The position numbers and the translations under genes were made by a program. A stretch of 64,000 nucleotides of DNA. Source: Podarcis vaucheri. Its lineage: Eukaryota. Under the pieces are notes generated by a model. The model did no database searches. It worked only from the letters and a program-made list of their open reading frames with translations, and had not been told where the DNA came from. This document shows positions 13,570 to 26,688 of the stretch, in pieces. The stretch is from the NCBI GenBank assembly GCA_965113315.1, contig OZ220365.1; one strand, given 5' to 3'. Within the stretch, counting starts at the first letter, position 1. Each line of letters starts with the position of its first letter.

Positions 13570-14900
13570 TCATTATTTTTATTTTATTTTTTGAAATAAT
13601 TTTTATTAAAAATCTTCATGAACTACAAAGAATGTGCAATGTCTGTTTCTCTCTTTTTTGATCAGACTATAAAGTCTTTTGGTTACATTTTCCATTCCCC
13701 TACAAAGGTAGGGGAAGAGGGTAGAGGGTGGGAGGTAAACTTACACACAATCTTGTTTTGTCAACTTGGTGTGTATGTGAGATTTTCAAGTGGGTGTCAA
13801 TTGAGTAGGTTCTCTTTCTGCATATTTGTTGGTTTATATTGGCAATGAGAGAAAATTTGGGGAGAAATGGCATGTGTGTTTGCCTTTAATTGCCTTTGAT
13901 TAACCGTAGTGAGATTTGTTTGTGTTTGAGGAAGGGAGGTATGGAATATTGGGTCAAGTTAGCTATATTGATCTGTATGCTAGTGGTAGATCCCTCCTAT
14001 CATTGCTGTCAGTTTGAGATGTGTGTGTAATAAAAGGGAGCCATACCGGGGTGAATAAGGCCATTTCCCATACAATTTGGCACCAGTGGTCTATGCTTAC
14101 TCCGGACAAGTCTCTCCAGTATCTAACTATGATGTTTCTGGTCACCAAGAGAAGGTTATAAGCTCTTTATGGTGCAAGTAAGCGTTATTGTCTTGGAAAA
14201 TATTTAATAGGGCCAATTCTGGGGTGGCTTCCAATACCTATTTAGTTATTTTACATATTTTTTGTAGGACTGCCATCCAAAAGGGTTGTATTTGGGGACA
14301 TTCCCACCACATGTGAAGGTATGTGCCTATAGAAGTACAGCCTCTCTAGCATTTTGGTAAGGTTCCTGGATGTATTAACACCAATTTCCTCAGCGTCAGA
14401 TGCCAGTGATAGATACCTTTTAAAGTGAGTTCCCTTCTTTTGGCTGAGATGGATTTAAAGGGAGGTTTGGACCACATTGTAGTCCATTGGGTAGAGTTTA
14501 TTTCATAACTTATGTCATGTTCCCATTGTTTTTTAATTGTGTTGACTGAGATTGCAGGGTTGTGGAGCAGTATTTTGTATATTGCAGATACCGTCCCCCT
14601 ACCATGCCATCTGCCAACAAAAGAAGGCTTTCAAAGGTGGTCAATGGTCTAGTGGTTGCTGCTTTTACTGTTGGGTTATTTAGGAAAGCATGTTGGTACA
14701 TGGGGGGGGAGTACTTGGGGTAACATTGTAAGGGCGAATTCGACAGGTCTGTAGGAAGGGCGAGGGAGGGGAAACGTAGCAGTATCGAAGGTAGGATTTG
14801 GTTTAAGGATATAGGTATGGGTGGGAGGGGTCGGCGGATAGGTGGGGAAGGAGCGAGAGGGTCCATCAGTTTGAGTTGTTGTCTAGTTGCCATAGTTGGA
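13570..14900 (-). mobile_element. L1-clade LINE 3' portion (ORF2 C-terminus plus 3' UTR), decayed
   Basis: Reverse complement gives C*RGCTSIGTYLHMWWECPQIQPFW and VTRNIIVRYWRD...WCQIVWEMAL; A-rich tail near 13570-13610. Confidence 0.8.
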
Positions 14901-15577
14901 TGTGATCTCCAGTATGTACTCGGCCTTCAGTGCCTCACTCAGCAAATGCACCAGGCCACCACTCTGCTCTCCCAGGCCCTTATTGCACTCCTACCTGGCT
15001 CAGACAGCTTCCGCAATCCCGCCCATTGTTCCTAACACAACAACAACGATGGCAGCGCTGGCAACGAAACAGCAACGGTGCAAACGGTTCCCTGTTCAGC
15101 AGGTGATCATCATTTTTGTGGTGGTCGCCATTTTGCTGCACCCCTTATTATTTTTATTTATAGCGTATCCAGGCAATACAATTGTAACTCATCTATGACA
15201 AACGTCTCAAGTTGTTTACATATGATCTTACAAGCTCTTTTTCTTAGCAAGTGCATAAATCCAGCACTTGGGAAGATATGTCCTGAATCCTGCCTAGACA
15301 TTGTTCTGAAGGCAACTATACTCAGACCTCCCTCTACTGCTGTTAAAAGTAGCATGTCAGGACAGGAAGGTCTCATTGGAAGTGAAAAATTCATTATGTT
15401 ATTATTATTTTAGCTTATTAACTTTACTGGGAAATGTGGAGTTGGAGGGAGAAATTAAATGTGATATTTTTTTTTGTTGGATTCCTTTTCCTGGGGGCTG
15501 TTTTTCTTCTCAGAGCCTCTCTCCCTAAGATGCTCTTCTACCAGTAGGAAAATGTACATTATTTTTCCACATCTTCT

Positions 15578-15695
15578 CATAAGAACAGAAGAGCCTTGCT
15601 GGATCAGGCCAATGGCCCATCAAGTCTAGCATCTTCTTCTCACAATGGCCAACCAGATGCCTATGGGAAACCCACAAGCAGGACCTGGGCACAAG
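15578..15695 (-). mobile_element. CR1-related short 3' end fragment
   Basis: cataagaac...ctggatcaggccaatggcccatc motif; related copy at about 23596-23740. Confidence 0.55.
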
Positions 15696-18044
15696 TCAGT
15701 GCCAACCAGGGAGCACCAGCAGAGTCTTCCCTGTCAACCATAATACCCAAGATGGGGGTTCTTCAACAATTACGTATTATCATCAGCTAGTGGAGGTGAG
15801 CTGGGCTGGGATGCTTCTATTTGTTTTGAGATGTTTAGATAATTGAAGCCTAGTATCAGCTAAGTATTGGTATTTTGTATGACTTATAATTGAACGATCG
15901 CTCAAATAAAGTCATGCAACTTCTAGTGCTTGGAAATGTCTCCAGCTACATTGTGTTTTCCCTATAGCAGGAGTGGCTTAGCAGTGGCCTCTCCCCGTTG
16001 TCCCTGACTGTTGACCATGATGGTTGGGATTGATGGGAGTTGGCGGGCCAGAGGTTAAGCTGATCCTGTTGTATAGGCTGAATTCAATCCTCAGCCCAGC
16101 TTTCTTGCCTTTTCTCCTCTGAACCCCAGACCTTAGCACAGGTGGACACATTTGCAAACCAAGGGAACTGTTGTGGGCACTCCACTCACATCACACCACA
16201 CCCTAGTCTATTTGTAACAACAGAATGTTCATTTCAAGCCTACCTTTATCAGAGGGGAGGGATCTTGTGGGTGCCAGGGAAAGCAGACTGTTAGCCCCTA
16301 AGCACCACATTGCTAACCCCTGCCTTAGCATGTTAAACCTCCTGTTGCCCCCCTGCGGGTCTTCTCCTGTGCTACCTTCTGAAAGCAGCCAGCCCTGTCC
16401 TCTTTTCAACGGCATCCTTGTTTCCCTTTCTACAAGCATTCAGTGTACATGTTCCAAGTATGAATTGCACACAGCGGAAATCTTTATAATTGTTTCGTGA
16501 CTAAATCAAGCGCAGATTTGGTAAAATGTGATATTTTCAGTCTCCGCCGTATTAATGAGAAATAAGGGAGGCAATTTTACATTTCATCACCTGCCGTTGA
16601 ATATGAAAGAGGAGCTTATTAAAGTTTTGCTTATCGTGAGCAGGACTTTGAAATTACGTAATTTTTAAAAACTTGTAGGGGGAACTAATTAAATCCACCC
16701 ACATTCAGGCAAGCAATCAAGCAAGCACATTCAAGGCTGGGCAGGTAGACACACAGAGAGAAAATCCCTGAGCAAGCACATCTCAATGAGATGTGTTCTG
16801 AAATAGATTGTGCCAAAGCACACCTGAAATGTGTTAGGTTTTAGGCACACAGTCTGATCCCTGCTCATCTATATGGCAGGAGGACAGGGGTGAAGGATGC
16901 TGCATTGCCAACAATCCCTTGAGCAACAAATTCAGGGCTGTGTGTCTCTTTGAAGCCAGAGCAGTGTAGCAAGCACAAAGATTTGAGAGATTTTTTTGTA
17001 AGGTAAGCAGGACGCAGCTGGATGTGGGGTCGTCCCCCTCGTCCCGGGAAAATACAATACAAATTGCTAGATAAGAAGACTGCATTTCTTTCTATAAGAG
17101 GGAGGTCAGGGCATAATTTGTATAGCACATAATTTGTACATCTATTCAGAAGTCATACTTTTGAGGTCAGAACCCATTCAGCAGTGCCACTAGTTATGTG
17201 AGCCGAAGGAAGCATGGTTTTTCTTTGCCATCAAACACCTGGTCCCTATGCCACATGGCAGACTGCTTTTCAAACTGATGGGAGTTTCAATAGAATAGGG
17301 TCTACTTTTCAAGTGGGGGGGGGAGTTTCGCCCAAGTCTTTAGATTCTACTGCAGCTTTTCATTGTAGTAACAAAGCAATCAGAGGCTGATTAAGAGGAG
17401 CACAACCAGTTTGGCTGCACTGGGTGCAGAGTCTTAGAGGCCCCATAACAATGATATAGAATGGAATGTTAGAGGCTGGAGCACCAAATTTTGGAGTCAC
17501 TGAAATCTGAGACCTCAAGGTACATCACTGAGGGAGTCCCAGTGGTGTCTATGGGACTTCTAGGTAAGCATGCTTTGGATTACATCCCTGCAAACATGAT
17601 CATATTGAGAGGACTAGTTAGTAGTTCCACTACAGCTGAAATCCTAACTATGGAATGATTCTGTAGTCCCAATAAAGCTGCACTTACCTGGGAGCAAGCT
17701 TTATTCAATGAGATCTGCTTCTGAGTATGGTTAGGATTGCAGCCTTATTCGCATAAGGGTGCATAGGCACCAGAAAAATAATTGAGTTTTGTGTTACTGT
17801 AGATCATATCCTGTGGGAGTAGTTACAAAGAGAAAGGTATGACAAATAGGTTCTTACTGTATGGTGTGCATTTATCTTAATATGTACCTGTATGAATGCA
17901 CATTTGCCTAATGTACACAATTTTACAAAGCAATTTTGCCTAACATAATGCATTTTTGTATGTTGTTTTCAGAAATATAAGCATTTTTGTAGATACTTTA
18001 CCCACATATGTGTGTTTTTTTACACATTACTTAGTAGAAGAAGT

Positions 18045-18211
18045 CAGTGACGTAGCGTGGGGGGTGCAGGGGGGCGGCCGCACCGGGCGCAACATCTGGG
18101 GTTTAGGGTTAGGGAGCACAAATCCACGGGTTAGGGGGCGCAAATCCACGGGTTAGGGGGCACAAATTACTTGCCTTGCCCCGGGTGCTGACAACCCACG
18201 CTACGCCACTG
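18045..18211. mobile_element. hAT MITE with internal TTAGGG-containing tandem repeats
   Basis: TIR CAGTGACGTAGCGTGGG / CCCACGCTACGCCACTG; 8-bp TSD GAAGAAGT at 18037-18044 and 18212-18219. Confidence 0.9.
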
Positions 18212-18736
18212 GAAGAAGTGCAAAATGCAGCGAAGTGGAAATTTCAAAGAATGGCTGTAGCTTGGTTTGCATTTTTGGGAAAATGCAAATTGGGTAGGTT
18301 TGCCTTTAAATGCAAACTGAATCAGATTTCTCTATCTTTTCTACCTGGTCTCACTTGCCTTATCCCTCACACACAGCTGAGTCAGTTCTGCATCTATTCG
18401 TTCTGTCTTTCTCCATCTTTGGCAGTTATTGCTTGCTTGCTTTCTTGCTTGCTTGACTGCTTGATTAAAGTTATCAATATCACCTAGTGAGCTTCATGGC
18501 CAAGAGGGAATTTGAAGCTCAACAGTCCTAGTGTGATTCTGGCCACTATGTGCTCTGACCACTATAGTCATCTCTCTTCTTCCCCAAAAGTGTCAGTGTG
18601 GGAGGCATTCAAGAAACAACATTTACAAGGAAGAAGTAGAATAATTGACCAATTGTTCAATAATATGGATGGAAGGAATTTCTTCCAATATGGTCAGCCA
18701 CTTAAGGAAACTGTTTGAAAATATATTGTAAAAGGA

Positions 18737-18970
18737 CAGCATCTGCAAGTCTTCTTTGATGATCACTCGTAGCCAAGTAAGATTGTCTTCCATGAACATG
18801 GTTTTAATAGTGAGTCCATAAGTAACTGTAAAGGCCAATTCCAGATCCACACATCCTTCCAAAGTGGGGGCATAGGTTTCTGGGTGGGAGTTGATCACAA
18901 TGAGGGTTTGCCAAACATGCCTTCCTCTTAGCACGTTTCTCCCTTTCGTCCTGAGTTCAAGTGTCTTCAG
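18737..18970 (-). mobile_element. RTE-clade LINE 3' end
   Basis: Homologous (inverted) to 60288-60770; C-terminal CPHCGR-type zinc-knuckle region. Confidence 0.8.
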
Positions 18971-19655
18971 AGACACAGCAACAAAGCTTGGATCTGCTCA
19001 GGGAACAAGCTGCTCAGTGAAATGTTTTCAAGTGAATCCCATCTGCATAACATGGGCTCACAAACTAGGTATTTGGTAGGTAAACATTCACTAAGGATGA
19101 CAGTACGATCTTTTTATTTCTTGTACATTTTTTCGCTAAACAGTGTTTGTTTTCTCTCAGTGACTTTACATGAAAATATGTACTCTTGGAAGACGTGCTT
19201 TGCATTAAGTTCACAGTGGGACCTTTACTGACCAAGTAAAGCACACAGATTGGTTTAACTAATGAATTTGGTCTGGCCTTCATAACAAATTACGTTCCTT
19301 CCAGGGGTTGGGAGTTCTGTGGTTTTCAATGCCAGTGTTTTCTAAAGGCTGCTTATCTTGCCTGTAGTTGTTCCTTTGTATAGCTTAGATTCTGATCCGA
19401 GTTGGGTAGGGGCATATTTTATTCTCAGTTTAGTCATATAACTGCTGAAGAAGAGGCTGAGCATCAGACCAAAGATTGATGGATCTAACTAGATTCCTCT
19501 AGGAAATCCACCTAATAACCACTTAATCAGAGAGACATTTTTGTTTCCTTTCCCTTTCATTTTCTCAAGATCATCACAAGGCAAACCTTGGCTCTAATCT
19601 AGTATTCTCTTTTGTGATTCTTTCCACCATTTTAGGGCCTTTCCACACTTTAGGA

Positions 19656-19792
19656 CAGGCATTCCCCAAACTTGGCCCTCCAGCTGTTTTGGGACTACAA
19701 CTCCCATCATCCCTAGCTAACAGGACCAGTGGTCAGGGATGATGGGAATTGTAGTCCCAAAGCAGCTGGAGGGCCAAGTTTGGGCATGCCTG
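19656..19792. mobile_element. Palindromic hAT MITE (~137 bp)
   Basis: Near-perfect hairpin; 8-bp TSD CTTTAGGA at 19648-19655 and 19793-19800. Confidence 0.92.
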
Positions 19793-20617
19793 CTTTAGGA
19801 GAAACTATGCCACACTGCTCTGGTCCGTCCATCAGCGCCAGCATTTCAGCTTGCCAGATCTTATGATCGTCCCACTTCTTTCCCCACATGCTATTTTTTG
19901 GGTTCTCCCACCCCAACTAGAACCAATTTCAGTGAGGAGAGGGTGGAAATCCCCATTGCTCAGGGCTTCTGCTGACAGGAATCTTCACCGTTTATAGTGG
20001 CATGGTTGCTGCTTGTATCGGATTTTTGTTGACATGTTGCCACACGATTTCATCATTATTCAGCTTAGGACTCCAGAATAATGCAGTTGAAAACCTGCTT
20101 TTTCTTCTTCTGGCTTTTGTGAGAAATCCGTAATGGATTCTCAACATTTCCATTCGTGCAGCATGTGTACAAGCACTGTCCTGGTTTCTGTGGTGAGGGG
20201 GTTGGAGTCAGTGGGCATCTGTTTTGCGCCTCTTTCCTCTGACTGGTGTAAGTTGTCAGGTTTTGAGGCTGGGGCAGAGGAGAGCTGTGGCAAATAGAGA
20301 TGATGGTGCTAAGTCAAAGTACCTCCCGACACAGCAATCATTAGCTGCAGGAAAAACTTCATCTTGGTAACTAGGTTCATTGTAACTCAGGCAGACACAC
20401 AGGTCCTCTTCTCATCTGTACTCCCACAACCTTAGAATTCTGAAATACTAGGCATTAATTAAAAATAAGTCATGAAAAGGGCTATCTGCGTGCATGCTCA
20501 TAACTAAGGAGATATGAGGGTCTGTATTGCATCCCTTTGCCGAGTGGCTGAGCTGCAGTTGTGGCAGTAGTTCTGTTGCTCCACACAACCCTGTCAGTGG
20601 GGGGATTGGATTGTAGT

Positions 20618-20912
20618 CGGTGCTTTTTTTCTGGGGGGACGCAGGGGTATGCATACCCCTAAACATTTTGTAAATCTAACGGGAGAAGAAACTTTAAAAA
20701 AATATATAGTTTCTTCTCTAGCATGGTGAATCATCAATTCTGTTCTTACCACCTCCAGTGGCAGCCTCATTTCATTTCCCGGTGTAATGTGCGTTCTTTG
20801 TACTTTTGTCCACATACTGTATTCATTTTTCCTGATTTGAACTATAAAATGGTGATTTTCTTGAGTCAAAATGAGAGTACCCCAAAACATTTTTAAAGAG
20901 AAAAAAGCACTG
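20618..20912. mobile_element. hAT MITE, CAGTGCTTTTT family
   Basis: Ends c(a/g)gtgctttttttct...aaaaaagcactg; homologous to 28048-28239. Confidence 0.8.
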
Positions 20913-21790
20913 CCCTTAATTAATAACTTCTTGCCACAGATACTCAACTTATTTTGCTTCTGCTCCTGGGGACACAGGTCCAGGCATGGAGAATTCATTA
21001 CATTTTAGAGTAAATGACACTAACTGAACTTTCAAATCTCACTGCTTTTCAGTGCCACAGCTTTAAGCAAATACTTAACTAACTGTTGAAATCAACTAGA
21101 CTTGGCTGGATCCTGCTCCAACTTTTCAAGCTCATGTTATTCATGTTCCATTCTAAAATACAAGCTTTGGGACAAGAGGCAGTGAAATTAGCAAATCTTT
21201 AGTGTGGAAACCAAACAGCCTCACTTATTACTGTTGCTTAACAGGCAGCCTTCTTTCAGTTTGACACTTGGTAACCATGGTAACGTTCATGTATTCAGGG
21301 TCTGATTCCAAGGGAACTGGGAATGAGAATGACAAAACACTCGTCCTATAATGAGACAAGACGTATTGTGGCCTGGAAAAAAACCCCACCCCACCCCAAG
21401 AAATCACAATGAAATCATTTCACTTACAAAAACTTCCCTTACATCAGAGGGGGAGCCACAAACATGGTGGTGTCCTTCAGTTGTTACTGGACTCCAAGCC
21501 ATCATGGCCAAAAACAAGGGTTGATGGGAGTTGAAGTTCAACATCTCGAAGGTACTGTAGTAGCTCCCCCTGCTATACAGGCTATCGGTCAATGTCTAAT
21601 TGATGATCTAAGTAATAATAACAATAATTAGTCAATCAAAATGCTGGTATCCAGTTCTGTGCCTGGTTCAGAGCAAAGGCCAATTTGCTGATGGTAGAGT
21701 GAGATGCCTGTGGTTTCTGAAAGGTCTAGGACAAAACTGTGCCCTTTTTTGTCACACACTGATTTTTTTAAAAAAAAAATCCCTACTGCC

Positions 21791-21813
21791 TTATTATTAT
21801 TATTATTATTATT
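21791..21813. repeat. (TTA)n microsatellite
   Basis: Visible run. Confidence 0.9.
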
Positions 21814-22710
21814 AAATCAGATTTCTTACTCACCTTTTACCATGAGGTTGCAGGGCAGGTTGCAGCACTTTGAACACTTGAAAGTCGTGTGTGTGTGTGT
21901 GTGTTGAGATTATTTTCATACTCATTTGACATAAGGTAGAAGTTAAGCTATATTAGAGAAATAGGAGAAAACTTGTATCGTGGCTGGCTACACTCTGTAA
22001 ATGACAAATACCTTCTTTTGCCAGTTTTGACAAGCAAACACCTCTCTGGGTGAGAAAATAGAAATCAACAAGAAATGAAAACAAGGCACACATTCATTAA
22101 AACATTAATCAAAATAAGGAGAAAGTCATGGGCAGAATAATAGTTTTGGGTTGCCATTGATGGGAGCACTCCAGATGTTGCATTTTGTCTCTACATCTCC
22201 TGAACTACAGGCTATCCTTACTGAATTTGAATGAGTCTCAGACTGCTTGGTGTTATTAAGTTATCCACAGTAGCTCAATGGCTTATGAAGCTGCTAAGTT
22301 CTTTGAAATCAATGATAAACAAATAAAAGGTTTTGAATGACCTATAGAACCACCACCAAAGGAATGATTATGATTTATTAGCTACTTTCATTTGCTGACT
22401 TAGAAGTGTAGTTGCTTCAGGTGCACTTTTATCTGTAATCGTTACCTCCCATGCCACTTTTTCACATCTTCCAATTTAAGGATTATCTTAAATAGTCTAA
22501 CATAAAATAATCTTCCTTCAATTTAAACCTACTGGTTTGGATTGAGACCAAGCTGCTGAATTTAGCTCCCATGATTGAAATAAATGGGACAAGTTAGTCC
22601 TGATTTAAATTACTTGTCATTTATTGCACTATAAATGAGAACTGTAGTCTAAAATCTGAACTCTTGTATGCCTGACTTTTGAATACTGCCTCCAAACTCA
22701 GGATAAACTA

Positions 22711-22963
22711 CAGTGGTACCTTGGGTTTAAGAACAGCTTAGTTTATGAACAACTTGGGTTAAAAACGCTGCAAACCTGGAAGTAGGCGTTTTGGTTTGTG
22801 AACTTTGCCTTGGAATAAGAACATGTTTCGTTTCCTGTTGAGTGTGTTCCATTTGTAAACTGAGTCCCCTGCTGATGTGGGAAAGCATGCCTTGGTTTAA
22901 GAACGTTTTGGTTTAAGAACGGACTGCCGGAATGGATTAAGTTCTTAAACCAAGGTACCACTG
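22711..22963. mobile_element. Tc1/mariner (Tigger-like) MITE
   Basis: TIR CAGTGGTACCTTGG / CCAAGGTACCACTG; TA at the left end. Confidence 0.88.
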
Positions 22964-23799
22964 TGCTAGTTTTTTATTTTTGTTTTTACACAATCAGAGA
23001 AAACAGAAGGGCCCATTCAGGCCATGAAAAGGAATACTTGGGTGTATAAGCTGAAAAACAAGAGGGGAAAGTAAAATTAAATGCATGTGTTCCAAAGGAA
23101 CCCCTAAATGCATATAGTCTTTTGTTTCCACCTATGGCAAAAGGGCTGCCAACAGCTGCTCACACGGTAGCATCCAGTCCTGAAAATAGCTAATGTGAGC
23201 TGGAAAAAGATCACAATCCCGTCTGGAGCAGCAGTGATTGGGACCGTTAGCCTAGGGATGACGTAAATCACATTCCTGCAAAATGCTAGGTACTTTCTGA
23301 ATAGTTAAGCATGCTTCACCTCCCAGTGTCTTCGGTAGTGCTCAAAAGGGATCGGTAGCTTTAAGAAGCTGAGAGAGCAAGTGAAACAGGTGCCATATAT
23401 TGGACTCAAAGCATTTAAGCTGCACAGAATCCTCCTTCAAGCTGAGATAGCAAAGAGAATATGGTAATAATAATGAAATGAAATATAATATGATGTACCC
23501 GTATTCGTAATGCAGTTGCTAGGGTCGTGCGTCCATTGGTGGACATTAAGAATTATGAAAAAGTTTTAATAAAATATTGTTTTTTTGGGGGGAGAACATA
23601 AGAAGGACCTGCTAGATCACACCAGTGGCCCATCTAGTCCGCCATCTTGTTTTCACAGTGTCTCACCAGATGCCCATGAGATACATGCAAGCAGCACAAG
23701 AGCATTCCCCATCCCCACAGTTTCCAGCAACTGATATTTGGAAGCCTCAATCTGACTGGCTCAGTCTAAATGGTGAGGCAATGGGAGAACCAACATGGT

Positions 23800-23930
23800 A
23801 CCCACACATGGTAGGGCAGACTGCCATTTTGATGCAAGAACACCCAGCGCGTTTCATGCTTGAATCAAGATTTGAACCCTGGTCTCCCAGATCCTAGTCT
23901 GGCACTCTAATCACTATACCACACTGGCTC
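23800..23930 (-). mobile_element. tRNA-derived SINE head (Squam/MIR-like)
   Basis: Reverse complement gagccagtgtggtatagtgattagagtg...ggagaccagggttcaaatc has A-box and B-box-like motifs. Confidence 0.6.
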
Positions 23931-24774
23931 AATATAAATATAGTTATTATCTTGTATGGTACTTTTGGATTTTCTTGGTGGTAACCCCTCCTCCTACCCC
24001 CCCCCCAAAGGAAGTAAGTTTGTGGTAGCTGAACCTTAAAATCTCTAGTTTGGTGTACCAGTGATAGTTTTGTCATCCAGCACATTCAGTCCCCTATTCC
24101 TTTTGACTGGATGGATTCTTAATAGGTTCATAGACATTCCAGTCAGCTCGGGACCTAGAAAATTTGCTGCAGCTGCTGTGGTGATTTCTGACTCTTCAGT
24201 GAATTCAGTCAGAAGTGTTAAATCTTGAAAACTGTTTTAAAGCTTCAAATAGAACGTGGTTGATATCCAAGTGTGAAGATTTTGTTCCAAACTAGGCACC
24301 TTAGGGTGTTGAAAGTATCCTCTTATCTGTCCATTTGCTACCTTTAAGCTTTCTATATCAAAACACATACTTTCAAAAAAATACAGATTTGGTTCTAGCA
24401 CTATGGGGATGGGCGAACAAGTAATTACTGTTTTATAGGACATGTTCCGAAAGACAATCAGTACCTGTAGCTTATCTTCTCAGCAAAGAAGAGTTTGATT
24501 TCTTTATTTTAAGCAGGATCTCCCCATTTCCAAGCTCAATTCAAAGTACTGGAGATGACCTTGAATGCCCCGAATGATTTGGGGCCAGGCTATTTGAAGG
24601 GCTGCCCTCACCTGTATGCACCTGCCTTCAGCCCCCAAGGCCCTGCTTGTAGAATGGAAAAGACTTTCATTTCTTGAGATTCCTTCACTGTAGGGGCTTG
24701 TATTAGATGGTCTCTTGGGGGAACGTTCCTTCTATGATTCTTCCTGTCCTCCAGTCCTTGAACAAGTTGCTACA

Positions 24775-25413
24775 GTGATTGGGATGGACTAGGAGGGGAA
24801 GAAATGGAGGCAGTGAGAGATTTTACTTTCTTGGGCTCCACAATCACTGCAGATGGTGATAGCAGTAACGAAATTAAAAGACGCCTGCTTCTGAGGAGAA
24901 AAAACAATGACAAACCTAGACAGCATCTAAAAAAGCAGAGACACCACCTTGCCAACAAAGGTCCGTATAGTTAAAGCTATGGTTTTCCCAGTAGTGATGT
25001 ATGGAAGTGAGAGCTGGACCATAAAGAAGTCTGATCACCCAAGAATTTATGCTTTTGAATTATGGTGCTGGAGGAGACTCTTGTGAATCCCATGGACTGC
25101 AAGAAGATCAAACCTATCCATTCTGAAGGAAATCAGCCCTGAGTGCTCACTGGAAAAACAGATCGTGAAGCTGAGGCTCCAATACTTTGGCCACCTCATG
25201 AGAAGACACCCTGGAAAAGACCCTGAAGTTGGAAAAGATTGAGGACACAAGGAGAAGGGGACGGCAGAGGATGAGATGGTTGGATAGTGTTCTCGAAGCT
25301 ACCAGCATGAGTTTGACCAAACTGTGGGGGGCTGTGGAAGACAGAAGTGCCTGGTCTGCTCTGGTCCGTGGGGTCACGAAGAGTCGGACACAACTAAATG
25401 ACTAAACAACAAC
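24775..25413 (+). mobile_element. Bov-B LINE 3' fragment
   Basis: gaagaaatggaggcagtgagagattttactttcttgggctcc...gagtcggacacaactaaatgactaaacaacaac; homologous to 3842-4257. Confidence 0.93.
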
Positions 25414-26311
25414 AGGAGGTGGTAAAAGAGGGAGGGAAATAAATACGTGAGGGCAAAAAGAAGCACAGGAAAAGAGGCCCACTTTTCCAGCTACTTGATG
25501 GTGCTCAAGGACTATGTGAACTCTGGTGAGCTAAGCTTCCTTGGTTTTACCTGGGCAGCCGTATCAGGTGGCTGAATCTAGTTGCCATTTTGACACCACA
25601 CAATGTCCTGGAATGATACCATGACAGTTGACAGCTGGGCCATACATTAAACAGCAACAACAACAACAGGGAGCCAAAGAGGGCCCTGCTGGAACCCAAG
25701 TCTGGTAGGTACTTACTTACTCCACCTCTGATTTTGCCTGCCCTCCAGATGTTTGGGACTACAATTTCCATTTGGCTCCTGTCCTGGCTGAGGATGTTGG
25801 GAGTTGCAGTACAAACATATGAAGGGCACCAGGTTGGGGAAGTCTGTCTTATAGGAGCTTCTAGATAAAGTATTCAATTTTATTTTTTAAGACATTTCTG
25901 TCCTTCCTATCAATAAAATATCTGCATAACATTAAAGGGGAAAACAGCAGATGAAATCCAGAGCCAAACAGCTAGCCACTAAAACATGATAAAAGAAATA
26001 AAAGAGATGAGCAAAAGCTAAAAATAAATTACCCACAGAAGAGCTTCACAGTACAAAGCTGAGAGGGTCACAAAAACTTCCCACAGCCCAAAGGCCTAAA
26101 AATAAGTCTTGAGGCTGCAGTGGAAGACCATTAGAAAGAGCAGGGGAGACTACAGGAACAAATAATTTGCAAGTGCCTTTGAAATTATTTCCATCAAGGC
26201 TTAAGAAGCCTATGCAAGAGCAGCTAATTGGTGCTCAAGGGGGGAAAGTATTCCCTGGGAGCCATTTTTCAGGTGAAAATAACATTGGGTATTGTATTGA
26301 TTGTAAAACAT

Positions 26312-26688
26312 AAAGGTAAAGGGCCCCTGGATGGTTAAATCCAGTCAAAGGAAACTATGGGGTGTGGCACTCATCTCGTTTTCAGGCCGAGGGAGCCAGT
26401 GTTTGTCCACAGACAGCTTTCTAGCACATCTAGCCAGTATGACTAAACTGCTTCCGGTGCAACTGAACACCGTGATGGAAGCCAGAGCTCATGGAAACGC
26501 CCCTTACCTTCCCGCCACAGTGGTACCTATTTATCTACTTGCACTGGTGTGCTTTTGAACTGCTAGGTTGGCAGAGGCTGGGACAGAGCAACAAGAGCTC
26601 ACCCAGTCGTATGGATTCAAACCACCGACCTTCTGATCAGCAAGCCCAAGAGGCTCAGTGGTTTAGACCACAGCACCACCCACGTCCT
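26312..26688 (-). mobile_element. Sauria SINE
   Basis: (AAAGGT)n tail, gtacctatttatctacttgcac core, tRNA-derived head. Confidence 0.9.

Noticed and set aside
19656-19792. Long hairpin as a pre-miRNA
   Set aside because: Explained by a palindromic MITE with an 8-bp TSD and a second copy at 47540.
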